NCBI RefSeq assembly: GCF_006345805.1
Contig: NC_043001.1
Location: forward strand, 128,712,001 to 128,776,000
Length of the DNA stretch: 64,000 nucleotides
Origin: Octopus sinensis
Lineage: Eukaryota
Direction of reading: 5' to 3'
Both the position numbers and the translations under genes were made by a program. Below the pieces are notes generated by a model, which saw only the letters and a program-made list of their open reading frames with translations, was not told where the DNA came from and did no database searches. Positions 24,596 through 36,539 of this stretch are shown here, piece after piece (within the stretch, counting starts at the first letter, position 1; each line of letters starts with the position of its first letter).

Positions 24596-24870
24596 TCATC
24601 ATCATCATCGTTTAACATCCGCTTTCCATGCTAGCATGGGTTGGACGATTTGACTGAGGCCTGGCGAACCAGATGGCTGCACCAGACTCCAATCTGATCT
24701 GGCAGAGTTTCTACAGTTGGATGCCCTTCCTAACGCCAACCACTCCGAGAGTGTAGTGGGTGCTTTTACATGCCACCAGCACGAGGGCCAGTCAGGCAGT
24801 ACTGGCAACGGCCACACTCAAATGGTGCTTTTTATGTGCACTGGCACGGAGGCCAGTTTGTTGCTCAGGC
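24596..24870 (-). mobile_element. SINE family E
   Basis: Reverse complement of the 15489 copy. Confidence 0.88.
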
Positions 24871-25367
24871 AATGATGATGCTCGTATGGTACTCTTAGTG
24901 TATGTGTATATGTATGTACACTCATATGTCATTATTTAATGTCCATTTTTCATACTGGCATGGGTTGGACATATATCACACACACAAACAAAAAGAGATA
25001 GATAGTAAGAATCAGAAATTGAAAAAGAGAAAGAAAACCAACAGAGTTATAGTGACTTTAGTTAAATTGGATGATCAACTACAATGCAATTAAGATAGGA
25101 GCACCAAGTGTGAGTGTAGTTTATGCCAGGAGTAGGAAGCTGAAGTGTGATAGAGGGGCAAGCACAGGTGTTTTGCTATAGAGGAGATACACGGCAACTT
25201 CACATTATGTGATGATGGTACAGAGTAGCTAGAAGGGAGATAAAGATGGTGGTGATGGGGTGCCAGAGTGTGTACTCAAGATACCATCTCTAACATGTGA
25301 CCATGTAGAGCAGTGGTTTTCAACCACTTTTAGTCTATAAGAGTAGAGATACTTTATCAAGTCATAC

Positions 25368-25565
25368 TGGCTCCTAAGGGCCAGTTTCCTTGTTTCTATG
25401 GCATATAAATTCCTCACCTGGATGGGATGCCGATCTGTTGCAGGATTACTCATTTTTGCCAACTGAGTGCACTGAGGCAATGTGAAATGAAGTGTTATAC
25501 TCAAGAACACATGTCACCTGGTCCAGGAATTGAAACCACAACCTTACTAAGCCACGTGCCTTCAC
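25368..25565 (-). mobile_element. SINE family C, degenerate
   Basis: Reverse complement of 1673-1925 with deletions. Confidence 0.75.
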
Positions 25566-25681
25566 ATTTTTTGTCTATGGACCCCTTTAATTCCTATTTT
25601 ACTCAAACAAGAGGACCCTCATAGCCACTCAATATCTAAAAACTCCTTGTATATTTTCATGACTAAATATTTTTAGGAATT

Positions 25682-26087
25682 ACTCTCTCTTTTACTCTTT
25701 TACTTGTTTCAGTCATTTGACTGCGGCCATGCTGGAGCACCACCTTTAATCGAGCAACTCGTCCCCGGGACTTATTCTTTGTAAGCCCAGAACTTATTCT
25801 AACGGTCTCTTTTGCCGAACCGCTAAGTGATGGGGACATAAACACACCAGCATCGGTTGTCAAGTAATGCTAGGGGGACAAACACAGACACACAAACACA
25901 CACGCACATACATATATATACATATACACGACGGGCTTCTTTCAGTTTCCGTCTACCAAATCCACTCACAAGGCTTTGGTCGGCCCGAGGCTATAGTAGA
26001 AGACACTTGCCCAAGGTGCCACGCAGTGGGACTGAACCCGGAACCATGTGGTTGGTAAGCAAGCTACTTACCACACAGCTACTCCTG
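25682..26087 (-). mobile_element. SINE family A
   Basis: Full-length match. Confidence 0.92.
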
Positions 26088-26322
26088 TATACAAAAATGT
26101 GTAAATATTTTGTGTATTGTGAATATATAACCATTTACTTCACAAAAATGTTAACAACAAAATCTTGTAATGACTCCCTCTCCTCAAAATGGGCCATATG
26201 GATCTTAGTTGAGAACCACTGATGTAGAGGCTACCATATCAGCTTGAAAATGATAATGATGATGGTGGAATGATTATGGTGGTGGTCTCGGATGGAACAA
26301 AGCCAAAATTCAACAGCTTATG

Positions 26323-26790
26323 TAAATGTTTAGCATTCAGATTACTCTGTCAAATGCAATGCTTTTTTATTCACATTATCTTGAATTAGCCATGCGTTGT
26401 CTCATAGCTTTGAGATTTCAATGGTATAAAGGCGGCGAGCTGGCAGAAACGTTAGCACGCCAGATGAAATGCTTAGCGGTATTTTGTCTGTCGTTACGCT
26501 GTGAGTTCAAATTCCGCCAATGTTGACTTTACCTTTCATCCTTTCAGGGTCGATAAATTAAGTACCAGTTCCGCACTGGGGTCGATGTAATCGACTTAAT
26601 ACCTATGTCTATCGTTGTTTGTCCCCTCTATGTTTAGCCCCTTGTGGGTAACAAAGAAATAGGTATGATGGTTTATTTTTAGAATGACAATGTAAAGTAG
26701 GTGCGATAGGCCAGATCTGGCTGGGTTGAACATAGAGTAGTTAGAATATTTGGGCAGAAGGAGATAGCCAGTTAAATGCTAAAGAGTTAA
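26323..26790. mobile_element. piggyBac-like MITE (TTAA end) interrupted by SINE B
   Basis: Right end aaatgctaaagagttaa, degenerate left end taaatgtttagcatt. Confidence 0.6.
26431..26661 (+). mobile_element. SINE family B
   Basis: Full-length match; short ggtat duplication. Confidence 0.92.
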
Positions 26791-27523
26791 ACAACAAAGT
26801 ACCGAAGTTAATTAGTTTGTCAGTCCACTTCAAAATATACTAATAAATCAATAGAATAGAGGGATCTTCCACCATCACAAATTCCATACAATCATACACA
26901 GAAGAAAAAATAATGAAATCCAAGAGGAAATTTCAAAAGCTGTAAAAGCTGGAAAGAATGAAAATGAAAACAAACAGGTCAAAAATTAAATTTTTTTTAA
27001 AAATTGGTTTTTTTAAACACAAGAAACTTCAGGAAAAAAAAACAAACAAAAACAATTAGTAGATAAATAAAAAAAAATGTGAAAAAAAAAGTTTTTTTTC
27101 TATTTTTGAAATCAGATCCTAAATTGGAATATAATAAATGAAATAATTGCTAATACAATGATTGAGAAGTAAGTTAATAAGGAAAAATAATGAAGAAGTG
27201 ACAATTAATCATTTAAGAGTTAACTGAATAAATGAAGACGAATAAGTTGGATTCAGAATGATGGTTGATGACAAAACAATAGAAACAAAGGAATTTTTAA
27301 TTAGCTCTAAATGTGTAATTAGATAAAAGTATGTATAAAATATTAAATAATTGAATATTCACACACACACACATGTGCATATATATACTCATTGAAGAAA
27401 CAAGAGAGCCTGTATGTAGCTGTTCAACATGCTAGAAGTGGCAACCAATTCTCCCTCAAATCATATCCTATCACATTAAAAATAAAAGGAACACATTACA
27501 TATATAAAGAAAGGGGATATAGA

Positions 27524-27745
27524 CATCATCATCATCATTTGATGCCTGTTTTTCATACAGGCATGGATTGGACAGTTTGACAGGATTTGCTGATCCACAA
27601 AGCTGTGACATATCCCACTCCACCATTTGGCATGGTTTCTACAGCTTGATTCCCTTCTTATCATCATCCATTTTATAGAGTGTATTGGGTGCCTTTTTTA
27701 GTGATACAAGTACCAGTGAGGTCACCAAGTAACTTTGCAAGACAA
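27524..27745 (-). mobile_element. Old family E repeat
   Basis: (CAT)n tail followed by a degenerate body. Confidence 0.6.
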
Positions 27746-28024
27746 AGAAATAAGAAAAAAGCTCCCTTGACTGAGTGGGAGTGTATTTGAGAGAGGAGTA
27801 GAAAGTGGCTTTGTGCCAAGTGTTAAACGCTGGCTCATTATATATACCATGTGTATAGGACCTTTTAGTGATTATGTTAATTATTTCAGAAGTAGCAACT
27901 GAGGTACAACATTCCAATATACAATATCCTGCAACAAACACCACTGAGAAAAGTTATTGCTTTCATTCTATACTGTAGCAAGGATTCGAACCCTAACCAC
28001 TAGATACTCCGTTAGGCACCACAA

Positions 28025-28798
28025 GTGAGCCACTCTGATCTATAAATTGACCAATCAGTGTTCAACTACGACATATGGCTTGCTCAGATGTTCAACTCTC
28101 GTCACTCCATATGAGCCACTCTGATCTATAAATTGACCAATTAGCGTTCAACTACGACATATGGCTTGCTCAGATGTTCAACTCTCGTCACTCCATGTGA
28201 GCCACTCTGATCTATAAATTGACCAATCAGCGTTCAACTACGACATATGGCTTGCTCAGATGTTCAACTCTCGTCACTCCATATGAGCCACTCTGATCTA
28301 TAAATTGACCAATCAGCGTTCAACTACGACATATGGCTTGCTCAGATGTTCAACTCTCGTCACTCCATATGAGCCACTCTGATCTATAAATTGACCAATC
28401 AGCGTTCAACTACGACATATGGCTTGCTCAGATGTTCAACTCTCATCACTCCATGTGAGCCACTCTGATCTATAAATTGACCAATCAGCGTTCAACTACG
28501 ACATATGGCTTGCTCAGATGTTCAACTCTCGTCACTCCATGTGAGCCACTCTGATCTATAAATTGACCAATCAGCGTTCAACTACGACATATGGCTTGCT
28601 CAGATGTTCAACTCTCGTCACTCCATGTGAGCCACTCTGATCTATAAATTGACCAATCAGCGTTCAACTACGACATATGGCTTGCTCAGATGTTCAACTC
28701 TCGTCACTCCATGTGAGCCACTCTGATCTATAAATTGACCAATCAGCGTTCAACTACAACATATGGCTTGCTCAGATGTTCAACTCTCGTCACCCCAT
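28025..28798 (+). repeat. Tandem array, 9 x 86 bp
   Basis: Unit gtgagccactctgatctataaattgaccaatcagcgttcaactacgacatatggcttgctcagatgttcaactctcgtcactccat; 0-2 differences per unit. Confidence 0.97.
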
Positions 28799-28917
28799 GT
28801 AAACCTATTGGGGCCTAATTAATCAGGAAGAATGCTGAGGTCAACAGATTTACACACCTCACCTTTAGACGACCTCCAGTACTTGAAACAACAGCCTTGG
28901 ACTTTTGTACTAACAGA

Positions 28918-29326
28918 CTCTCTTTTACTCTTTTACTTGTTTCAGTCATTTGACTGCGGCCATGCTGGAGCACCACCTTTAGTCGAGCAAATCGACCCCG
29001 GGACTTATTCTTTGTAAGCCCAGAACTTATTCTATCGGTCTCTTTTGCCGAACCGCTAAGTGACGGGGACATAAACACACCAGCATCGGTTGTCAAGCAA
29101 TGCTAGGGGGACAAACACAGACACACAAACACACACGCACATATATATATATATACATATATACGACGGGCTTCTTTCAGTTTCTGTCTACCAAATCCAC
29201 TCACAAGGCTTTGGTCGGCCCGAGGCTATAGTAGAAGACACTTGCCCAAGGTGCCACGCAGTGGGACTGAACCCGGAACCATGTGTTTGGTAAGCAAGCT
29301 ACTTACCACACAGCCACTCCTGCACC
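28918..29326 (-). mobile_element. SINE family A
   Basis: Full-length match. Confidence 0.92.
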
Positions 29327-29550
29327 TATTCTGAACATTCAGGTAATGTCCTAGATTGTAAATAACCTACACCAAATATATTATGTCTAGCAATAAACAT
29401 TAAAGTTAAAGGTAGTGAGTTTGCTTTAATTATTCTACACGGAGTTTTCCTCCAATAAAGAAAGGTCCCGCAACGATACGATCTTTTTGGCAGATGCAAC
29501 ATGCCACTACATTTGGTGACACCTTATCTTCATCTCAACATTAGGTGATA

Positions 29551-29949
29551 TCTTTATATATAAAAGTCAAGTTGTGTCTGTCTCCTACGATTTAGATTCC
29601 TAACTCCTCCCACGTTTTGCGGTGCAGTGTAACCAAAAGCGGGTATCTTATAGTCGTCATTCATATCGAGCCCTTCTGGGTTTTAGCAAGCGTCTACGAT
29701 GAGTCTACGATTTAAAAAAAAATTTACCATCATTTTTTTCCAATTCAATGCATTTTTTTCGCTATTATATCCGGGAAGTAACTCTCTAAAAATGTTTACG
29801 ATGAGTCAACGATTTAAAAAAAATTTACCATAATTTTTTTTCCATTTTTAATGCATTTTTTTGTTGCTATTTTTTGGCTATAACTCTCTAAAAATGCTTA
29901 TATAGTTATTTCCCTTACAAGCCCGAGCAACGCCGGGCGATACTGCTAG
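29551..29949 (+). mobile_element. Non-autonomous Helitron
   Basis: A|TC start, gcccgagcaacgccgggc hairpin, CTAG|T end, no TSD. Confidence 0.92.
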
Positions 29950-30653
29950 TCCAACATGAAAAAACAAGAGACCCGACTCCATCAACTTCATGAACATTAA
30001 CTCATCCCCAACAACAACAACAGCAAATAAGATCAAAGGGATAGATACTGAAAGTTAACATTTAACAAGTCCCACCTCTTTAAGCTATGATGTTGTTATG
30101 CTGAGAGCGCCTGTTAGTGAATTAAATACATTTTTTCGTCCATGTGATATTAGTCAAAAACATTTCAATACCGAGGAAAGACTCGTTTTCTTTCAAATGT
30201 AGGATTTCATAGCAAATTTAATCTAGAACCTTCTCGAGTTTGCAGTAACAAACGATATTTAATCTTTTCATAGCCTTTCCCTTTGCATGATTCGAAATAA
30301 TTTACATTTAAAAAATGGCAATTTCACCTATCCCATTGGTTTCTTCAGAAAATAATGACAGCCCAGCTATTCAGGCTGCTTTATCGGTCAAACTAAAGCG
30401 TTAAACCCGGTCAAAAAAACAACAAAAAAAATTGTGTAATAGGTGTAAAACAACTTCCTCTAAACGAATATGAAAAAAAAAAAAAAATGCGCGCACGCGA
30501 AAGGGGAGTGGGGGGGGGAGACTTCGGAAAATTTACATCGGGAATTTCCGAAAGCGCCTAAGGGGCTGACCCGGGCACCAAAAAAAAAAAATAGTGTAAT
30601 ATGTGTAAAGCAACTTGCTCTAAACGAATATGACAAAAAAAAAAAAGCGCAGA

Positions 30654-31056
30654 GGCAATCTTTCGTCTCTAGTAGACCTTTCCGTCGATTTCCGTAAAAA
30701 ATTTCTTTTTTTTACATATGGGCTTGCGGGAACTTTTGAAGTAATGAGAGCGAAAGGGACTAAGAGAAAGCGATTGTATAACGAGGGAAGTTCTTTTGAA
30801 GTTACCGTCCAGGGAAGCATTGATGTACATGTGTGTGTGTGTGTGCGTTTGATGGGGTGTGGGAGACAGACAGTATGTTGTGTAAGTGAAGTGCTTCTGT
30901 TAGTGTGTGTGAAAGAAAGAGATAACTGAAATTTTTACTCGGTGTATGTGTATATGTATGTATATTACTTCAAAAGTTCCCGCAAGCCCATATGTAAAAA
31001 AAAAAAAAATTTTTACGGAAATCGACGAAAAGGTCTACTAGAGACGAAAGATCGCC
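30654..31056. mobile_element. GG-ended MITE with ~90-bp TIRs (Merlin-like)
   Basis: TIR ggcaatctttcgtctctagtagacc...; perfect 8-bp TSD agcgcaga. Confidence 0.9.
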
Positions 31057-31069
31057 AGCGCAGAAACTA

Positions 31070-31965
31070 ATTTCACCTTTTAGTCAGTGTTTTGCCTCCA
31101 GCCTGAAGCAGTCATACCAAAGATATGATAAGAAAGTGTTTTTACTCTACATCTTATCAGAGTATGAATGCAGGAATTTTGCAACAAATTTACGTCCAAA
31201 CAAAAGCGTTTTCACCAACTCCTTTACAAGGAAGTCTTAGGAGATAAGAAGCCTTCCCAAATGTTGAGAAGAATGAGAGAATTAGCAGAGGATTAGCAGA
31301 GAATTAGTAGAGCTTGAAAAGTTAATGTCGAGATAAATTTCTCACACCTACTGTCAAATATGCAAGCTATTTTAACGCCTATAACAGAGCAGAGCCTTAC
31401 TACTCAGTTGGCCAACTTGGCAGATGATATCGATGTGGAAGCACTCCGTCGGTTACGACGACGAGGGTTCCGGTTGATCCGATCAACGGAACAGCCTGCT
31501 CGTGAAATTAACGTGTAAGTGGCTGAGAACTCCACAGACACGTGCACCCTTAACGTAGTTCTCGGGGATATTCAGCGTGACACAGAGAGTGACAAGGCCG
31601 GCCCTATGAAATACAGGTACAACAGAAACAGGAAGTAAGAGTGAGAGAAAGTTGTGGTGAAAGGGTACAGCAGGGATCACCACCATCCCCTGCCGGAGCC
31701 TCGTGGAGCTTTAGGTGTTTTCGCTCAATAAACACTCACAACGCCCGGTCTGGGAATCGAAACCGCGAGTCCGCTGCCCTAACCACTGGGCCATTGCGCC
31801 TCCACAGATGATATGGATATTTCCTCTTCCAATAGTTCTAACGCAAAGACTCACTATTAATGTTAAAGGTCATGAGTTTGCTTTAGTTATTCCACATGCA
31901 GCTTTCATCCAACAAAGGTCCAGCAACGATACGATCTCTGTGACATATAAAAACAGGCCATGACA
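31070..31965 (+). pseudogene. Gypsy gag remnant fused to a partial 3' LTR
   Basis: LVSVLPPA...KRFHQLLYKEVLGDKKPSQMLRRMRELA...LLSNMQAIL...QLANLAD, matching the LGDRKPSQLLRRM gag motif of invertebrate Gypsy elements. Confidence 0.8.
31435..31805 (-). mobile_element. SINE family D (tRNA-Arg-like head)
   Basis: Head gtggaggcgcaatggcccagtggttagg...tttcgattccc; TSD cagatgatat(c/g)gat. Confidence 0.92.
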
Positions 31966-32183
31966 ATATAAACTATATATACGGTTTTCTTGTTATATTA
32001 AATATATGTATGCTCTATACACTGGTTATGTCTCATCGTCACTTCTGGTTTCGATTGCAATTTTTAGGACAATTTACTTTCACTATTTTACGACCGTAAA
32101 CTGTACCTTAACTAATTTTGTCATCCTTTTGCTTAATAAAGAAATTACTTTCATTTGTTTTTCCAATTATCGTTTCTATTGTT

Positions 32184-32279
32184 GGCAATCTTTCGGTATT
32201 AGTAGACGTTGTTAATCCCTCATGATATAGATAGAAAAAGAGGGTTGATGGCGACGCCTACTATTAGCGAAAGATTGCC
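32184..32279. mobile_element. 96-bp GG-ended MITE
   Basis: TIR ggcaatctttcg / cgaaagattgcc; TSD ctattgtt / ctattatt. Confidence 0.8.
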
Positions 32280-33420
32280 CTATTATTTTCTTTCATTTAT
32301 TTAATAATTTATCTTATTCGATGATGATCCAATGAAAAATTAGCCATGATTTGTTTGCTGAAACAAAATTTTAATTCATTCTTCCCCCCCCCACTTCTAT
32401 TTTATATAGAATTTACACAGGTTAATATGGCCGACATAATGGGTTTGCCTATCGTTTATGGAGAGCCTGTTAAATAAAAATTTAATAAATGTATTAGATA
32501 AATAATCAGCTTAACCTGATTAAATCAAGTATATAGAATATTTCAAACATGTAATAATATTTAAGGAAAAGATTGGCTTGAAAACAAAACAGAAATATCT
32601 ATAAGGAAACGAGAAATCTAAAAAAAAAACAACAACAAAAAAACTAAATAAAGGGGAAAATTATAAAAAAGTAAAATAAAGAAATATATAATTTTTTGGC
32701 CACTAAAAACTGACACCGAAATTGATATTAATCAATGAGTACATTAACAATAAGAATAATTTACCTTACGCGAACGATTTAAAACAGTTAGGGTCATCAG
32801 TCAAAATATGACATAGAAGTAAATACTTAGAACCTGTTTGTTCTTCCATTCTTTTCTTTTTCTTCTTTGGTGAGTATATTTTTATGTGTGGGTGCATGGA
32901 TGTGTCTGCGCATGGGTTTATACATATGTATTTATGAATGTACTGTGTACGTATGTGTATTTATCAATGTACTGTGTACGATATTGTGTACGTATGTGTA
33001 TTTATGAAAGCATAAGTGTATATCAGTGTGTTTATGAGCGTATATGTGTGAATGTATTTGACCAAGTATTTACTTTTATGCGTGTGCGAATGTACATATA
33101 TGCGTAAGGGTCGAATGTGAATCTGTAAGCGCGTGTATATGTTTTTTTCATTGTTCTACGTATGTTTGTATTTAAGTGTAATGCGTTGTGTGGCGTCTGT
33201 GTGCATAACTGTTTTTTTTTCTTAATTACATTTTTAATACTGACAACAGTATTAAATGGATAAGAGCGGAGAGGGGTGCATTGGAAAACCATTTACAATG
33301 TAAATTAAAGATAGATTTACTTTAAAAAAATCTGATAGTAAATCGATGGAGTAATTTATTTACCTATCATTATTGAGTAGCAAATTTGTAATGAGTACTA
33401 TCCAAAGTATATCTTGCAGT

Positions 33421-33467
33421 GGCAATCTTTCGTCTCTAGTAGACCTTTCCGAAAACGAAAGATTACC
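33421..33467. mobile_element. 47-bp GG-ended minimal MITE
   Basis: ggcaatctttcgtctctagtagacctttccg + aaaacgaaagattacc; perfect TSD cttgcagt (33413-33420 / 33468-33475). Confidence 0.85.
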
Positions 33468-33568
33468 CTTGCAGTATTAGTTTGAATCTGTCTTCTAAAT
33501 CTTCAAATCTTGTAAAGGTTGACTTTGCATCTCATTCTTCTGAGTACCGGTGAAATATATTACGTGTC

Positions 33569-33761
33569 TTCCTTGTTTCAGTCATTAGACTGCAGCCATG
33601 TTGGAGCACCACTTTAGAGAATTCTTTGTCGAATGAACCGACCCCAGTACTTATTTTTAAGCCTGATACTTATTCTATCAGGCTCTTTTGCTGAACCGCT
33701 ATGTTACGAGGGCGTTAATACACTAGCACCGGTTGTCAGGCAGTGGTGGGGAACAAACAGA
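33569..33761 (-). mobile_element. Old family A 3' half
   Basis: ttgtttcagtcattagactgcagccatgttggagcacc... Confidence 0.7.
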
Positions 33762-33859
33762 TAAATTTAACAAAAATAAGAAGATATAATAAAATCGAAT
33801 AATAGGACAGACCGGAAGACATTACAGATGGAGCGGAGGGGGGGGGGGTTAATTCGGAC

Positions 33860-34695
33860 CCCACGAGCCGTTCCTTGCCACTGATACCTGAGATACATCC
33901 TGTGTCGCATTCATGAGATTACATCCACATGCAACATCCGTGCTACATTCTTCCATCGATTTCCAAACATTTTCACAATCAGGCATTTTCTCTCTAGCCC
34001 TATTTTCCTTTTAAGGTGAAAGGTGAAGTAATTCACCAATCCAGGGGCCAGAGATGAAAGTACCTAACTTTAACCCTTTCAGCCTCGTTCTCCAAATTAC
34101 CTCTCTCGCAATTGCTGCTACAATGAGAAAACAATTCTTACCTTCTTTCGAAAGGAAATCAGGCGGGTCAATTTTTATTATAGACTCAGTCGATAGCTAT
34201 ACTCTTCCTGCACTTGACGACAGTTGTTCAGCATAAACCCACATGTCCGACACCTCCAAACATTGAACAATAGGGACGGTTTCCCTATCCCGCTCACATC
34301 TTGGACAGGTCGAAGGGCCGCAGCCACCGTGCCTTGTGAGCTTGTCTCGAACAGGTAAGGCTCCTCGGTATCATTGTCATGCCAGAGACATCTGAAAGTT
34401 GTCCAGGGTCTTCGGTCCGAATGTACGTCGGAACAGACTGGCCAGCTGATTATCGTCGAGACCTAGGGTTTCCCCTAAGGTATCCTCACATTCCGCTTCT
34501 ACAAGCCCTCTATAAAAGAATGCGGCCGAACCCTCACCGTAGGCATTGCCCGAGCGACAGAATAGCAGGAGAACCTTGCGACACTCCGTAAACCATGTAC
34601 CCAACTTCGATCTTCGATAGAACCAGGATTCCCATCCACCGAAACTAGTGAACTTAGGAAACATCCGTTTCGCCAGCGGAGACCACTCCCGCGTT
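33860..34695 (-). pseudogene. Tx1/L1-clade LINE ORF2 3' end (Cys-rich domain)
   Basis: TLDNFQMSLA*Q*YRGALPVRDKLTRHG..STCPRCERDRETVPIVQC...AREVIWRTRLKGLK; zf-RVT-like CxxC. Confidence 0.85.
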
Positions 34696-34844
34696 CTATT
34701 CTACTTATTTATTTTCGATTGAATGTATTTTGTCTACTTAATAATTGGAATTTTGAAAACTAATTTTTTTTTTACAACCGCTGTTTCCGTTTTTGTTTAC
34801 GTGAAATTATTTTAAAAAATTAAGATTTGGCTTTTATTTCTAGC

Positions 34845-34990
34845 ATGTGGAGAGTCCTTCTAGGCTTAACTTTATGTGCTAGTTGAAAACCATCTAAAAA
34901 AGATTCTGGGTCGATATACCCACTAAAAATTCTTCAAGGCGGTGCCCCAGCATGGACATAATCTAATGAATGAAACAAGTAAAAGGTAAA
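34845..34990 (+). mobile_element. 3' fragment sharing the family A tail
   Basis: ggcggtgccccagcatgg...gaaacaagtaaaagg. Confidence 0.55.
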
Positions 34991-35051
34991 ATAAACGACA
35001 AAGGAAACTGAAAAATATAACCGTGGGGCTTTTTGTCCACTTACATACTCT

Positions 35052-35856
35052 GGATCTTTTCCTTTTGAACGGCACTTTTCAACACAATTTCTAGTTAACT
35101 AAACACTTTTAAACTTCATATACTGGTAGAATGTGTTTATAAAACATCATTTTTTCTTGGTTTTATTGAGAAAATTCTGTAGTTTGTAAGATATTTCCAC
35201 TTTAATTTCAAGCATTTCGGCAATTTTAACCAATCGCTGACCTCCATTTAGGTAAACAACATTCCGTGCTGTATGAATATGTCCCTCGTTTAAGAAACAG
35301 ATTGGGTTTATTTACATTTCTGAAGAAAAAAAGATACCCTTCCCCCACCCCTAACTCTAACCCTAAAACTAAAATAGATTGAAATGCAATAGATCGATAC
35401 TAGGGTTATAATTATAGGTGACAATTTCATACGACACCGCTACGGAAAATGGGATTTTTTTCTAGCGGTGTCAAATGAAAATGTCACCCATAATTATAAC
35501 CCTAGTATCGATCTATTACATTTCAATCTATTTTAGATTTAGGGTTAGAGTTAGGGGTGGGGGAAGGGTATCTTTTTTTCTTCGCAAATGTAAATAAACC
35601 CAATCTGTTTCTTAAACGAGGGACATATTCATACTGCACGGAATGTTTTCACCCCAAATGGAAGTCAGCGATTGGTTAAAATTGCCGAAATGCTTGAAAT
35701 TAAAGTGGAAATATGTTACAACATATAGAATTTTCTCAATAAAGCCAAGAAAAAAATGATATTTTATAAACACATTTTACCAGTATACGAAGTTTAAAAA
35801 GTGTTTAGTTAACTAGAAATTGTGTTGACATGTGCCGTTCAAAAGGAAAAATATCC
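35052..35856. mobile_element. Palindromic (fold-back) dimer of the ~430-bp GGATC MITE
   Basis: Arms 35052-35442 and 35462-35856 are reverse complements; both carry the same variant left TIR. Confidence 0.9.
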
Positions 35857-35985
35857 GCTTAGTGGAATTAAAATTCGGAATAGAAAACGACATAACTAAA
35901 TACTAAAATGCTTTTATTTGCCCAGTGTTTTGCTAATTTTATCATTTACATCCTTATTGAGACCCCACCCGTCCATACTGTCACG

Positions 35986-36372
35986 GGGAAGCACTCCGTC
36001 GGTTACGACGATGAGGGTTCCGGTTGATCCGAATCAACGGAACAGCCTGCTCGTGAAATTTACATGTAAGTGGCTGAGCACTCCACAGACACGTGTACCC
36101 TTAACGTAGTTCTCGGGGATATTCAACGTGACACAGAGAGTGACAAGGCCGGCCCTTTGAAATACAGGTACAACAGAAACAGGAAGTAAGAGTGAGAGAA
36201 AGTTGTGGTGAAAGAGTACAGCAGGGATCACCACCATCCCCTGCCGGAGCCTCGTGGAGCTCTTAGGTGTTTTCGCTCAATAAACACTCACAACGCCGGT
36301 CTAGGAATCGAAACCGCGATCCTATGACCGCGAGTCCGCTGCCCTAACCACTGGGCCATTGCGCCTCCACCT
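35986..36372 (-). mobile_element. SINE family D
   Basis: 11-bp TSD atactgtcacg. Confidence 0.95.
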
Positions 36373-36501
36373 ATACTGTCACGAAGGGTATGATGAGCCT
36401 AGAATCAGCATCGGTGTCAACATCTTTGATAATGGCTCCCTGTGACACAAGTGTCTGGACAACTGTTTTTACTTTCTTCATCCTCATTCATGGAAACTAC
36501 A

Positions 36502-36539
<38 letters not shown>

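Larger units (their letters stand above)
25311..26221. mobile_element. hAT (Charlie-like) MITE hosting two SINEs
   Basis: TIRs cagtggttttcaac / gttgagaaccactg; perfect 8-bp TSD atgtagag (25303-25310 / 26222-26229). Confidence 0.9.
27974..29511 (+). mobile_element. Gypsy-type 5' LTR inflated by a tandem array and a SINE
   Basis: Starts TGTAG, ends CTACA (5-bp terminal IR), followed by PBS-like tttggtgacacc; 29398-29490 recurs, diverged, at 31856-31945. Confidence 0.7.

Noticed and set aside
28025-28798. CRISPR-like array
   Set aside because: Units are contiguous near-identical 86-mers with no unique spacers; eukaryotic context and no cas genes
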